A stretch of DNA of 64,000 bases from Roseobacter sp. GTDB taxonomy: Bacteria; Pseudomonadota; Alphaproteobacteria; Rhodobacterales; Rhodobacteraceae. The stretch's first letter is position 1, and each line of letters starts with the position of its first letter. Under the pieces are notes generated by a model. It had not been told where the DNA came from, did no database searches, and saw nothing but the letters and a program-made list of their open reading frames with translations. Position numbers and translations under genes: made by a program. The DNA is taken from contig PCCY01000007.1 in assembly GCA_002731875.1 (NCBI GenBank), forward strand, positions 22,637-86,636, written 5' to 3'. Below are positions 18,272-28,444 of the stretch, piece by piece.

Positions 18272-19834
18272 TCATTCCTTGGTTCGGCGAAGCACAGGTA
18301 GCTGCTTGGTGGAACGGTCGATTTCATAGCGCGGCTCAAAGCGCTCTCCGTTTGCAACAAAGCCAATAGCTGCCCCGTCTGTGCCACGACGGTCCCAACC
18401 CGATATTGCTCCGGTATTGTCGTAGCGGGCTGTATCGGTCCATGGGGCTGACCAGTAGAGCAGAGGGTCGAAATAAGCCCCACGCCCTTCGGCATCATAG
18501 TCGATGGACGAGAGGCGCTTCTTCCCATCGCTCAAGACAGTATATTCGCGGTTCTGATGTTGGGGGAAGGCGACCGAAATGAAGGATGGTGCGCCGTCGT
18601 GGATGCCGTTATTTGCAAAAACCCCGATATCGACGCGCGACATGCGACGTTCTACCGGACCTTTTTCGCCTGACATCCGTTCTGTCCAGGGATCGTGCCA
18701 TGCAATACGGATCTTCGCTGTGCGACCAGTCGGCCCCTGTGGTTCGATCGAGACCCGTTCGGGATTGCCGTGCAGTAACCGCCATTCAAAGGTAATGGGC
18801 CGGTCATTTGGGTCAGACGTATCTTCAGCGCTCACCACAAGCTCACGCTCCCAAGCATAGCTGCGCCATAAACGCCCGATCGCTGCTGGCGTATCGAGAA
18901 GCCGTTCGTCCAGCTTTGCAAGTCCAGCGGCATCGCTGAAATCTTCTTTGACGACACGTAACCGCACAACCGGTGGAATATCTCCCGGGCGCAGGCTGGC
19001 AGCTTGTGCAACCATTCGGCCGGTTCGGACAAGCCGGCCAGCGAATGCGGCGGGATGCGCAATACCGGAAAGATAGTCATCGCGGGTGGTAACGGCTTCA
19101 AGATTATGGCGCAAAATCATCTGCACTGTCGGCGCGACCAAACCCTTGTCGCGCAGAAATGCAAAAGTATCACGCGGTAGCGCCGCAAGTGTCAGCGCGA
19201 CTGCATTGAGAAATGGCTGGTCCGATCCTGACGATCCTTGACTGATAATCATGTAGGGCCAATTGATAGGGAAGCGATCCTCAGCATCGTGATCGCGATG
19301 TTCAGGATAGATGTAGATATGATTGTTTGCGTAAAGCACGGGCATAACGGCACCCCAACGTGCATTGGTCATCGCCAGCCGAGGCAGGCTACGCGGTGCC
19401 CATCCGCGCTCCATCGCCGTTGAGGAATTTCCCAATACCACCGCAGGCATGACAATGCGGCCCCCGAGACCAAAATCTAGCCCATCGGCAATGAGATCAG
19501 CACCGTATTTTAGCCGTGTCAGGCCCGGGTACAGGTCTGCACTTAGCGACGAATGGCCGCGGTCCCGGTTATCGTAGAGAATACCCGCGAAACCGTTAAC
19601 GTCGCCTTGACTGCTATAGATCCTCAAAAGCCGCGCACCGTCTTGCACATTATGCAACCCGACGATCGGTGCCGTGAGGTCCGGCGGTGGCAGTTTTAGC
19701 CCGGTAGCGGCCCATAGCGACGGTTGAACCTGTACCAGATCATTTTTTGTCAGCAGCAACTCGTCAGCATGTACCGGACTGCCAAGCAAGAACATCGCAA
19801 ATGAGAAGCGCAGGAGATGGAGCAAAGCATGCAT
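18272..19834 (-). CDS. hypothetical secreted protein (520 aa), family not recognised
   Basis: Long uninterrupted ORF with a signal peptide (FAMFLLGSPVHA/DE) and coding-like composition. I recognise no motif. Confidence 0.6.
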   Translation of the reverse strand: MHALLHLLRFSFAMFLLGSPVHADELLLTKNDLVQVQPSLWAATGLKLPPPDLTAPIVGLHNVQDGARLLRIYSSQGDVNGFAGILYDNRDRGHSSLSADLYPGLTRLKYGADLIADGLDFGLGGRIVMPAVVLGNSSTAMERGWAPRSLPRLAMTNARWGAVMPVLYANNHIYIYPEHRDHDAEDRFPINWPYMIISQGSSGSDQPFLNAVALTLAALPRDTFAFLRDKGLVAPTVQMILRHNLEAVTTRDDYLSGIAHPAAFAGRLVRTGRMVAQAASLRPGDIPPVVRLRVVKEDFSDAAGLAKLDERLLDTPAAIGRLWRSYAWERELVVSAEDTSDPNDRPITFEWRLLHGNPERVSIEPQGPTGRTAKIRIAWHDPWTERMSGEKGPVERRMSRVDIGVFANNGIHDGAPSFISVAFPQHQNREYTVLSDGKKRLSSIDYDAEGRGAYFDPLLYWSAPWTDTARYDNTGAISGWDRRGTDGAAIGFVANGERFEPRYEIDRSTKQLPVLRRTKE

Positions 19835-20157
19835 GGGGAAATTTGTCGCAATCCACGGGTCAGATCTATTGATGGTAGAAAAATGGTATACGGTGTTGTT
19901 ATTCGAATTCTGTTTGCCGTGTGTCCTTTGTTTCGTTATGCCGAGCCGACAGTATTTTCGAGCGGTTCACACGCTGAATAACTTTGTGAACATAATAACA
20001 ATGCATACGGATTGACCATCTACCCGCAATGGTGAGATGTCACTAACAAACTATGCCTGATCTATGCAGAGGCACCCAACAGGTGCTAGGACTGAACATC
20101 AACCCAGCCTCATAGGGACTTGATAGAACAGAACTTACGTGACCGAGGAAGTTAATA

Positions 20158-21264
20158 ATGTGGCCCTATTGGATTCTCTTCCTGATACCAGCGTTGCCCG
20201 CGGTTTTTGCAAATCCAATGCAAGAGCTCAGAGCAGATGGCACACGCAGCGTGAAATTCGGCGCGTCTTGGGTGCTGGTTTTGGTTGCGCTTGCCCTGAT
20301 GATCGGACTTCGGGATCGCGTTGGCGGTGATTGGTTTGCCTACGTCAGGCATCTGTTCGAGGCGGAAACACTTACATTTGCAGAGGCAATTTTACTGCCT
20401 GACCCCGCATATAACATCATTAATATCATTAGCCTTAAAACGGGGATGGGAATTGTAGGTGTTAACCTTTTTTGCGGATTTGTATTCTCACTAGGTTTGG
20501 TTATCTACGCAAGGTCAATGCCACGGCCCTGGCTGGCGCTGGCTGTTTCGATTCCTTATATGACCATTGTGGTTTCAATGGGGTATTCGCGCCAAGGGGT
20601 CGCTCTGGGATTTGCATTGATCGGGTTGGTTGCTCTTGGCCGACAACGGTTGTTGTGGTTTGTATTTTGGATATTCCTTGCAGCTACCTTCCATCGCTCT
20701 GCCGTTGTTTTGATCAGTATACCCTTGCTGACGATGAACTTCCGCAATTTCAGGAATTTGCCTATCCTGTTGATAGTGGCCGTTTTGATGTATACGGCCT
20801 TGCTTGAAGGCAAAACGGATCAGTTTGTCGAGCAATACATAGACAACGAGATGCAGTCAGATGGGGCATTTGTCAGGTTACTGATGAACGTGGTCCCCGG
20901 CATTCTCCTGGTCCTGTTTCGGAAGCGGTTTGTTGTCGCGAAGGGTGAACGGAAAATCTATCTTGTCATGGCGCTCTTGGCGATCTTCTCTTTCGGCGCA
21001 CTTGTTGTGGGGGGGCTCCCCTCCACCGCCTTAGACCGAATTGGTCTGTATCTGATCCCGTTGCAGGTGTTCGTATTTTCTCATCTGCCGAACGCATTTG
21101 GCCGCTTCGATAGCCAAAAGCAAGCAGTGGCATTCACAGTGGTTCTTTTTTATACAGTTGTTTTATTCGTGTGGCTTAACTACGCAAATTTCTCTCACTG
21201 GTGGCAACCGTATCGAATGTTCCCCCCGTTGGATATCGAAGAGGCGTATAATATGACTAGATAA
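20158..21264 (+). CDS. EpsG-family membrane protein (Wzy-type polysaccharide polymerase candidate)
   Basis: About 10 TM helices. RDRVGGDWFAYVRHLF, MGYSRQGVALGF and ATFHRSA resemble EpsG-family landmarks. RBS GAGGAAG. Confidence 0.65.
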   Translation: MWPYWILFLIPALPAVFANPMQELRADGTRSVKFGASWVLVLVALALMIGLRDRVGGDWFAYVRHLFEAETLTFAEAILLPDPAYNIINIISLKTGMGIVGVNLFCGFVFSLGLVIYARSMPRPWLALAVSIPYMTIVVSMGYSRQGVALGFALIGLVALGRQRLLWFVFWIFLAATFHRSAVVLISIPLLTMNFRNFRNLPILLIVAVLMYTALLEGKTDQFVEQYIDNEMQSDGAFVRLLMNVVPGILLVLFRKRFVVAKGERKIYLVMALLAIFSFGALVVGGLPSTALDRIGLYLIPLQVFVFSHLPNAFGRFDSQKQAVAFTVVLFYTVVLFVWLNYANFSHWWQPYRMFPPLDIEEAYNMTR

Positions 21265-21843
21265 ATCGTCGATCTCCATATGTCGTTATGGAGAGCTTCG
21301 GTGAACTAGCGGTATCTTGGATAGCTTGATTAGTTCAAATCGCGAATAAATTTCGCGAGCCACGTAGGTAAGCGACCGTTTTCAGGCTCGTCCCGTCTTG
21401 GTCATCGTTAAACGAATAATGTTGAAGCGGATTGCAAGAATGCCTCTCAGGTCAACCCCGCAAGGGATCACCCACGTAGAGACCATCGAACCCCTATTGA
21501 GTAATCCTACTATCCAGCCTCACAATGTCGAAACCGCATGCACAGCGGATCAAGGACCCGTCCACGTTTGCAAGGAGGACGATGTTCACTTTTAGGTAGA
21601 AATATCTATGTCGTTAATCTTGATAAAGAGCGTTGATCCCGTTTTTATCGTCGACAAACCCACGGAGTTCGTTCACTGAAAATGCGTATCTTACGAACAG
21701 CCCTTGATATTCCCTAGGAGTTTTATCATTATTAATAAATATTTAGCGATTCGCGCCAGTGACATTTTTAAGCTGGCGCAGTTAACTTTTGTTGTCGAAA
21801 CTAATTTTAAGACGGATTTTCTTCTTCCCGGGGGGGATCAATT

Positions 21844-22521
21844 GTGAAAAACATTTCCCATGTTAGTGCTGCCAGTTACCCATTTGTCGCCCAAAGCGAT
21901 TTTTTCAGTGACGTGCCCATTCATGAAGATCGTAGAGGCTTCGCACTTTTGAAGCGCTCGGTCGATCTAGTCTTTGCCCTTTTGGCATTGCCGACCTTAG
22001 TGACGCTCGCCGTCATGATTTTTATAGCAAATACCATCTCCAATTCAGGGCCGGTGTTTTTCCGCCAGGTCCGGATGGGGCAGAACGGAAAAGCGTTTAC
22101 GATCTGGAAGTTCCGTACGATGACCGCCGACGCTGCGGTGGTACGTTCGGCCAGCGCACCGCTTGATGAGCACCGTATCACGCCGCTTGGTCGCCTGTTG
22201 CGTCGCACCAAGCTTGATGAAGTGCCGAACATACTTAACATCATCGCCGGAGACATGAGCCTTGTCGGCCCACGCCCCGACGCGTTCGAGCATGCCAGTG
22301 AATACCTTTTGGGCGTACCTCATTACCGTAAACGTCTGTCAGTGCGTCCTGGCCTTACAGGGCTTGCACAGGTGCGGGGAGGCTATGCCGATAACCCGCG
22401 CGCCGTACAGCGTAAGGTGAAATATGACAGGTTCTACATTCGGAATTCCAGCATTTATCTTGATCTTTACGTGATCGCGCTGACGTTCGGGGTTGTTTTC
22501 TCCGGGTTCGGGCAACGCTGA
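21844..22521 (+). CDS. polyprenyl-phosphate sugar-phosphate transferase (bacterial sugar transferase, priming enzyme)
   Basis: GTG start. Single N-terminal TM, then PVFFRQVRMGQNGKAFTIWKFRTM, DEVPNILNII.GDMSLVGPRPD, GLTGLAQV. Confidence 0.85.
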   Translation: MKNISHVSAASYPFVAQSDFFSDVPIHEDRRGFALLKRSVDLVFALLALPTLVTLAVMIFIANTISNSGPVFFRQVRMGQNGKAFTIWKFRTMTADAAVVRSASAPLDEHRITPLGRLLRRTKLDEVPNILNIIAGDMSLVGPRPDAFEHASEYLLGVPHYRKRLSVRPGLTGLAQVRGGYADNPRAVQRKVKYDRFYIRNSSIYLDLYVIALTFGVVFSGFGQR

Positions 22522-22551
22522 ACCATGTCATCCGATCGGTTGTTCTGAATC

Positions 22552-23079
22552 GTGCATGACGCTTGGTATCTTGCGCAGCTCAAGCCCGGGGGTTTGGACC
22601 GGGCTGTTGTCAACCTGGCGCGGCAAGGCTTTGACAGTTTGATGCCGGTCCGTGAAGAAACGCGGCGGCGTGCGGGTCGGTGGCGCACAATCGCCAAGCC
22701 TCTGTTTCCCGGATACCTGTTTGTCAAAGTTCCCGCCGGCAGGCAGGACTGGCGCGCCATCAATGCAACCTACGGCGTTTCACGTTTAGTAGCACTTGAA
22801 GCGGGGCGCCCCACGCCTGTTGCGCCCGAGATCGTTTGCGCGCTGCAAATGCGTGCCCGTCAAACTACCAAGTCACAGCAGCAAGCTGGAATGGAGGTGG
22901 GCGATCGGGTCGAGGTGGTCTCTGGGCCTCTTGCAACCAAGTTTGCTGAGATTGAAGCTATTTCTGAGCAGGGACGCATCTATGTCCTGCTTGAACTGAT
23001 GGGACGCTATACGAGGATAGAACTGCCGGTTGCGGACGTGGAGCACCGTTCTGTGGATGCTGAACCGAGCCTCGCGTGA
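22552..23079 (+). CDS. specialised NusG paralogue (RfaH/UpxY-like antiterminator candidate)
   Basis: GTG start. NGN-like WYLAQLKPGG...LFPGYLFVKV and KOW-like VGDRVEVVSGPLATKFAEI. 175 aa, embedded in a polysaccharide locus. Confidence 0.75.
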   Translation: MHDAWYLAQLKPGGLDRAVVNLARQGFDSLMPVREETRRRAGRWRTIAKPLFPGYLFVKVPAGRQDWRAINATYGVSRLVALEAGRPTPVAPEIVCALQMRARQTTKSQQQAGMEVGDRVEVVSGPLATKFAEIEAISEQGRIYVLLELMGRYTRIELPVADVEHRSVDAEPSLA

Positions 23080-23519
23080 TCCATGCGCTTGTCGCCCATG
23101 CAAATTTCGCGATACTGATCATAAAGTTTCAGGGGTGGGTGCGGCAACGGGTTCGCCCTTGTCTCGCTGACGGGCAAGCAGCCTGAGGTTCTCAAAATGC
23201 TTTAATACCGCTGCTGGTTTCTGGTCGATGCCCCAGGTTGGTCGCGACCGGGCAGGGGATCAGGCAAGCTGTTTCCGCATATCTGATTTTGCGCCATCAC
23301 GGCACCGTTACAGGCTCCTCGGGGCCGGATACACTTTTCTAGCGCAATATCGCAGGACTGATTTTTCAGGAGGCCAAATCTTCAGTGTTATAGTTGCTAA
23401 AGTTCGATGATAACGCCATAAAACACTTACAATACACATGCGAGGCTGATAGCAGCGCAGAAGCGCACGCATTCTGTCAGACTGGTTTACTCTGCCGGGC
23501 CGTTGATGCGAGTGCCGAT

Positions 23520-23531
23520 GCGGTAGCCGTG
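23520..23531 (+). promoter_or_regulatory. ops-like element GCGGTAGCCGTG in the 630-nt leader upstream of the epimerase gene
   Basis: Contains GCGGTAG, the last 7 bases of the 8-base ops core GGCGGTAG (E. coli ops GGCGGTAGCGTG), with a 1-nt longer spacer before TG. It lies on the non-template strand, downstream of the NusG-paralogue gene. The heptamer occurs about 4 times on this strand, so this is weak. Confidence 0.3.
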
Positions 23532-23711
23532 GGTCGATCTCTTGCAGAAGGTGCCATATTCGCGAATTTCTACACTCATTCCCAACCTGAACAAGGTCAG
23601 GTCGGGTCGTTGCCTGGGGCGAACGGGATTGTTTTCCTGCGATCTCTCCGCCGTCTTGGATGGACCACGTCTAAGATAGACTACAATAAAATTGACATCG
23701 GATAAGTTACA

Positions 23712-24725
23712 ATGAAGCGTATTTTAATTACAGGGACAGCGGGTTTCATCGGGTTCCACCTGTCAAAGCTTTTGCTGGCCGAAGGGTTCCGCGTGCACGG
23801 CTATGACGGGATGACTGACTATTATGATGTCACGCTGAAGCAAAGGCGACACGCGATGCTGTTGCAAAGCAACGCCTTCTCTGCAACCGAAGGTATGCTT
23901 GAGGATGAAGCAAAGTTTTGGTCGGTAGCCCAGGATTTCAAGCCGGATGTAATCGTGCATCTCGCTGCTCAGGCCGGCGTCCGATATTCACTTGAGAACC
24001 CGCGCGCCTATCTGGACAGCAACGTTATCGGCACCTTCAACGTCATGGAAGCGGCCCGCAAGCTGGAGGTCGAGCACCTGCTGATGGCGTCGACGTCATC
24101 GGTTTACGGTGCCAACGACGAAATGCCGTTTCAGGAAACAGAGAAAGCCGACACACAGCTCACGATTTACGCGGCCACAAAGAAGGCGAACGAGAGCATG
24201 GCCCATGCCTACGCGCACTTGTGGACCTTGCCCACGACGATGTTCCGGTTCTTTACGGTATATGGACCCTGGGGCCGGCCCGACCTGGCGTTGTTCAAAT
24301 TCGTCGATGCGATTCTGGATGGGCGTCCAATCGATATCTACAACCACGGTGACATGTACCGCGACTTTACCTACGTCGACGATCTGGTTCGCGGCATAAG
24401 GCTTTTGATCGACACGCCGCCCGAACGGCCCGCTTCGGCGGATGATATCAAAGCAGGCGACAGCCTGTCGCCCGTGGCCCCTTACCGCATTGTCAATATC
24501 GGTAACTCCAACAAGGTCCGGCTTCTGGATTTTGTGGACGCGATCGAGGACGAGCTTGGGGTCAAGGCGCAACGCAACTACATGGACATCCAACCGGGCG
24601 ATGTTCCTGCAACTTGGGCGAATGCCGAGCTTTTGAAAAGTTTGACCGGCTACCGCCCCCAAACAGATATTAAAGACGGCATCCGGGATTTCGTGACATG
24701 GTTCAGGGATTATTATGACAAATGA
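23712..24725 (+). CDS. NAD-dependent UDP-glucuronate/UDP-hexuronate 4-epimerase-like SDR
   Basis: [27 protein letters not shown] (YxxxK), [12 protein letters not shown]. Confidence 0.9.
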   Translation: MKRILITGTAGFIGFHLSKLLLAEGFRVHGYDGMTDYYDVTLKQRRHAMLLQSNAFSATEGMLEDEAKFWSVAQDFKPDVIVHLAAQAGVRYSLENPRAYLDSNVIGTFNVMEAARKLEVEHLLMASTSSVYGANDEMPFQETEKADTQLTIYAATKKANESMAHAYAHLWTLPTTMFRFFTVYGPWGRPDLALFKFVDAILDGRPIDIYNHGDMYRDFTYVDDLVRGIRLLIDTPPERPASADDIKAGDSLSPVAPYRIVNIGNSNKVRLLDFVDAIEDELGVKAQRNYMDIQPGDVPATWANAELLKSLTGYRPQTDIKDGIRDFVTWFRDYYDK

Positions 24726-26004
24726 TTTAACACATTCAGATGAATTAAAGATTGGGATAATTGGACTGGGCTATGTCGGCCTTCCGTTGGCGGTGGAATT
24801 CGGAAAGAAGTTCCCGACCGTTGGGTTTGACATCAATCCGAACCGCATAGCGCAAATTCGCGAAGGGCAGGACCACACGCGGGAGGTCTCGGAAGCCGAG
24901 CTGCGCGAGTCAGTCAACTTGACGGCGACGGCGGACACCGCCGATCTGAAAGAATGTACTATATTTATCGTGACAGTACCCACGCCGATAGACAGCTCTA
25001 AACGGCCTGACCTGACGCCTTTGGTTCGCGCCTCTGAAACCGTGGGAGGCCTTTTGAAGCCCGGTGACATGGTCATCTATGAGTCAACGGTGTTTCCCGG
25101 TGCTACCGAAGAAATATGTGCCCCAATCCTGGAACGCCTCTCGGGCCTGCGTGTAAACGACGATTTTACCGTGGGGTATTCCCCCGAACGCATTAACCCC
25201 GGCGACAAGGATCGCCGACTGCCTAATATCGTCAAGGTGACTTCGGGGTCGACGCCAGAGGCAGCAAATCGGATAGACGCGCTCTACAGCTCAATCATTC
25301 CAGTCGGGACACACAAGGCAGCGAGCATTCGTGTCGCCGAAGCGGCAAAGGTGATTGAAAATACGCAACGCGATCTGAATATCGGGTTGATGAATGAGCT
25401 GGCTATCATCTTTAACAGGTTAGGCATTGATACCGAGGCAGTATTACAAGCTGCGGGGACCAAATGGAATTTTTTGCCGTTCCGACCAGGGCTGGTCGGA
25501 GGGCACTGTATTGGGGTCGACCCTTACTACCTCACGCATAAGGCAGAAGAAATCGGCTATCACCCCCAAATCATTCTTGCTGGCCGTCGTCTGAATGACG
25601 GAATGGGTGCCTATGTCGCCGAACAACTGGTGAAGGCTCTGATCCACCGCGAGGCTAAGGTCAAGGGGGCCAGGGTTTTGGTGCTCGGACTGACTTTCAA
25701 GGAAAATTGCCCTGATCTGCGCAACACGCGCGTCATCGACGCAATACGGAAACTCGAAGAATTCGGGATTAACGTGGATGTGCATGACCCGTGGGTCGAT
25801 CCGGAGGAGGCACAGGCCGAGCTCGGCGTCAGTATGGTCGACACGCCAGAAGAGAATTCTTATGATGCCATTTTGCTGGCTGTCGCCCACAGCCAGTTTC
25901 GGGACAGTGGGGAGCAAGAACTGCGCAAGTACGGCCGAGACGGACACGTCCTATATGACCTCAAATACGTTCTGGCGGTCGATGACAGTGATCTTCGACT
26001 GTAA
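24715..26004 (+). CDS. UDP-sugar 6-dehydrogenase (TviB/WbpO/UDP-glucose dehydrogenase family)
   Basis: [14 protein letters not shown] Rossmann motif, catalytic-Cys motif [12 protein letters not shown]. Overlaps the epimerase gene by 11 nt. Confidence 0.9.
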   Translation: MTNDLTHSDELKIGIIGLGYVGLPLAVEFGKKFPTVGFDINPNRIAQIREGQDHTREVSEAELRESVNLTATADTADLKECTIFIVTVPTPIDSSKRPDLTPLVRASETVGGLLKPGDMVIYESTVFPGATEEICAPILERLSGLRVNDDFTVGYSPERINPGDKDRRLPNIVKVTSGSTPEAANRIDALYSSIIPVGTHKAASIRVAEAAKVIENTQRDLNIGLMNELAIIFNRLGIDTEAVLQAAGTKWNFLPFRPGLVGGHCIGVDPYYLTHKAEEIGYHPQIILAGRRLNDGMGAYVAEQLVKALIHREAKVKGARVLVLGLTFKENCPDLRNTRVIDAIRKLEEFGINVDVHDPWVDPEEAQAELGVSMVDTPEENSYDAILLAVAHSQFRDSGEQELRKYGRDGHVLYDLKYVLAVDDSDLRL

Positions 26005-26245
26005 CTCATGGTTCTGCCGGCCAGTTCAGACTGTCATGATGCGGCTCCGGGCTGCCCTGGAAACTCACCAAACCGCACCTGCGCAGAGGATTTGCGAGTG
26101 ACAGACGGAGCACATAGGCAAATATGGCTGATCTGAAGGTCAAATTCGGTACAAACCTGCGGTCGGGCGACTTTTCGTGGCGACACCCGGCCGTGGCACA
26201 TCATGCTCAAACGTGTCTTTGTGCATTCGCATTTCGGTGCCCCCG

Positions 26246-27376
26246 GTGAAGGTGTTGTTAACCGTCAACGCCGCTTGGAACATCTGGAATTTCCGGCGTC
26301 CGCTCGTGGACGCATTGCTGGCCGATGGGCACACTGTTATCGTCCTTGCGCCATGGGATGATACGGTGCCGAAAATCGAGGCGTTAGGGTGCGAGTTTCA
26401 TCACCTTGAGATGAGCGTAAAGGGCCTTAATCCGCTAGAGGAGCCAAAAACGCTGGTACGTCTGCGCAGGCACTTCCGCCGATTGAAGCCGGACGTAGTT
26501 CTAAGCTTTACCATCAAGAATAACATTTTTGGTGCCATTGCAGCGAAATCGGTTGGGATTCCCTTTATTGCCAATGTCACAGGTCTAGGCACCGCCTTTC
26601 TTTCAGGCGGCTTGCTGGAACGGGTTGCGGTGGCGCTTTACAAAACAGCATTCCGCAACCTTCCGGTTGTTTTCTTTCAAAACAACGACGACCGAGAGCT
26701 GTTTCTCGATCGCGGTTTGGTGGCTGACAGCCAAGCCAGAAGCCTGCCGGGATCAGGCATTGATCTCGAACGGTTCGCAGCGTCCGACTATCCTTTCCAA
26801 AGCGAGGCACCGCAATTTTTGATGATTGCTAGGCTGTTGCGTGACAAAGGAGTGTTGGAATACGTCGGCGCAGCGCGGCGCGTAAAGGCGCGTAACCCCG
26901 GAGTTCGGTTCCAGCTTCTTGGTGCCACGGGTAGCGAAAACCGGACAGCGATCGACCGGGAGACTGTTCGAGGTTGGGAACAGGAAGGCATCATCGAATA
27001 TCTTGGAACGGTCGAAGATGTGCGGCCATTGATCAAGGCCGCGCAATGCATAGTTCTGCCGTCTTACCGAGAGGGGGCACCGCGCACGCTCATTGAGGCC
27101 GCAGCTATGGCCCGCCCGCTTATCGCTACAGATGTCGCGGGGTGCCGGGCAGTGGTGGATAACAAGCACACCGGCTTTCTCTGCGACGTCCGCAGTGAGG
27201 AAAGTTTGGCGGCGGCCTGTGAGACATTTATCACTTTATCATTGGAGGAGCGCGCGGCGCTCGGCCGTGCCGGTCGCTTGAAAATGGAGCACGAGTACGG
27301 CCAGAGTATTGTGATAGATGCCTACCGTACCGCTTTGCGTGACCTGCTACCCTCGAAGGTCAACCCCGCTGCATGA
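26246..27376 (+). CDS. GT4-family glycosyltransferase
   Basis: GTG start chosen just before VKVLLTVNAAWNIWNFRRPL. C-terminal EGAPRTLIEAAAMARPLIATDVAGC (E-x7-E region). Confidence 0.8.
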   Translation: MKVLLTVNAAWNIWNFRRPLVDALLADGHTVIVLAPWDDTVPKIEALGCEFHHLEMSVKGLNPLEEPKTLVRLRRHFRRLKPDVVLSFTIKNNIFGAIAAKSVGIPFIANVTGLGTAFLSGGLLERVAVALYKTAFRNLPVVFFQNNDDRELFLDRGLVADSQARSLPGSGIDLERFAASDYPFQSEAPQFLMIARLLRDKGVLEYVGAARRVKARNPGVRFQLLGATGSENRTAIDRETVRGWEQEGIIEYLGTVEDVRPLIKAAQCIVLPSYREGAPRTLIEAAAMARPLIATDVAGCRAVVDNKHTGFLCDVRSEESLAAACETFITLSLEERAALGRAGRLKMEHEYGQSIVIDAYRTALRDLLPSKVNPAA

Positions 27377-27544
27377 GCGTTTTGCAGACATGGTCGCAAA
27401 CTGCGGGGCAAGGGTGGCGATGAGGAAACTGTCAAAGTCCACGTCGTCCCGTCGCCGTCGTGTGTTTCCTATGGGTCAAGTGCAGCGTGTACTTGACGAT
27501 AGGCCAGTCCTGCTTTCAAGGCAGGATTGATACGGTTCGGCGCA

Positions 27545-28327
27545 ATGGATACGGTTTTCTTCGTTTTCTCAAAACTGTTCGGCACCGCTCTGAAGCTGGA
27601 AACCTGGCTTCTTGTCATTGCAGTACTGACATTTTGGGCTAGCCTGCGTTCCTGGGCTCGCGTGGCAAAAGTCGCCTCCGCCACGCTCGTTTTGGCAATT
27701 CTTGGTATCGGGCTTTTACCATTAGGAGACGTACTCATGCGGCCTCTTGAAGCCGATTTTCCTATAAAAAAGGCTTTGGGGCAGGTTGACGGTATTATCG
27801 TGCTTGGCGGCGGTGAAGACGTGCCGGCCACTACACGGTCCGGGCAGCCGCAAATTGACGAGGGAGGCGACCGCTACATCGCTGCATCGGCGCTTGTCCA
27901 CCGTTATCCTGCCGCGCGACTGCTTTTTACCGGTGGCAGTGGCCGCTTGCGCGACGGCGCAGGAAATGAAGTATCCGAGGCTGCGGTCGCCGAACAAATT
28001 TTCCTCGCACAGGGTATTGCGCCGGAACGGATGCTACTTGAAAGGCAATCTAGGAATACCGCCGAGAACGCACGCCTGAGCCATTTGCTCGCGGGCCCTA
28101 AGGACGGGGAGCAATGGGTCTTGGTGACCAGCGCCTTTCACATGTCGCGCGCGGTAAGCAGCTTTAGGGCTGCGGGCTGGCAAGGAATCATACCCTTCCC
28201 GGTCGATTTTCGAACGCGAGGTTGGTCAGACGCGCTTGGTTGGAATTTCCAACGCAACCTGGGTTTACTGAACACCGCCCTGCGGGAATGGATTGGGCGC
28301 GCTGTGTATTCTATGACTGGGCGGTAA
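27545..28327 (+). CDS. DUF218/YdcF (ElyC/SanA-like) membrane-associated protein
   Basis: N-terminal TM helices, IIVLGGG, LLFTGGSG, VTSAFHMSRA. ATG at 27545 preferred over TTG 27527. Confidence 0.7.
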   Translation: MDTVFFVFSKLFGTALKLETWLLVIAVLTFWASLRSWARVAKVASATLVLAILGIGLLPLGDVLMRPLEADFPIKKALGQVDGIIVLGGGEDVPATTRSGQPQIDEGGDRYIAASALVHRYPAARLLFTGGSGRLRDGAGNEVSEAAVAEQIFLAQGIAPERMLLERQSRNTAENARLSHLLAGPKDGEQWVLVTSAFHMSRAVSSFRAAGWQGIIPFPVDFRTRGWSDALGWNFQRNLGLLNTALREWIGRAVYSMTGR

Positions 28328-28444
28328 TGGGTTTAGAATGCAGATGTCGGGAAACACATGGAGCAACTTAATGACGTTTTATTCATCAAGCACCAACTGC
28401 GCCGCAATTTATGACTGTAGTATGTCGGCCGTCGGACGTGACAT

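Noticed and set aside
23394-23705. 103-aa ORF filling the leader between the NusG paralogue and the epimerase gene.
   Set aside because: TTG-type start, no RBS, and no motif. The region is better explained as a long untranslated leader.
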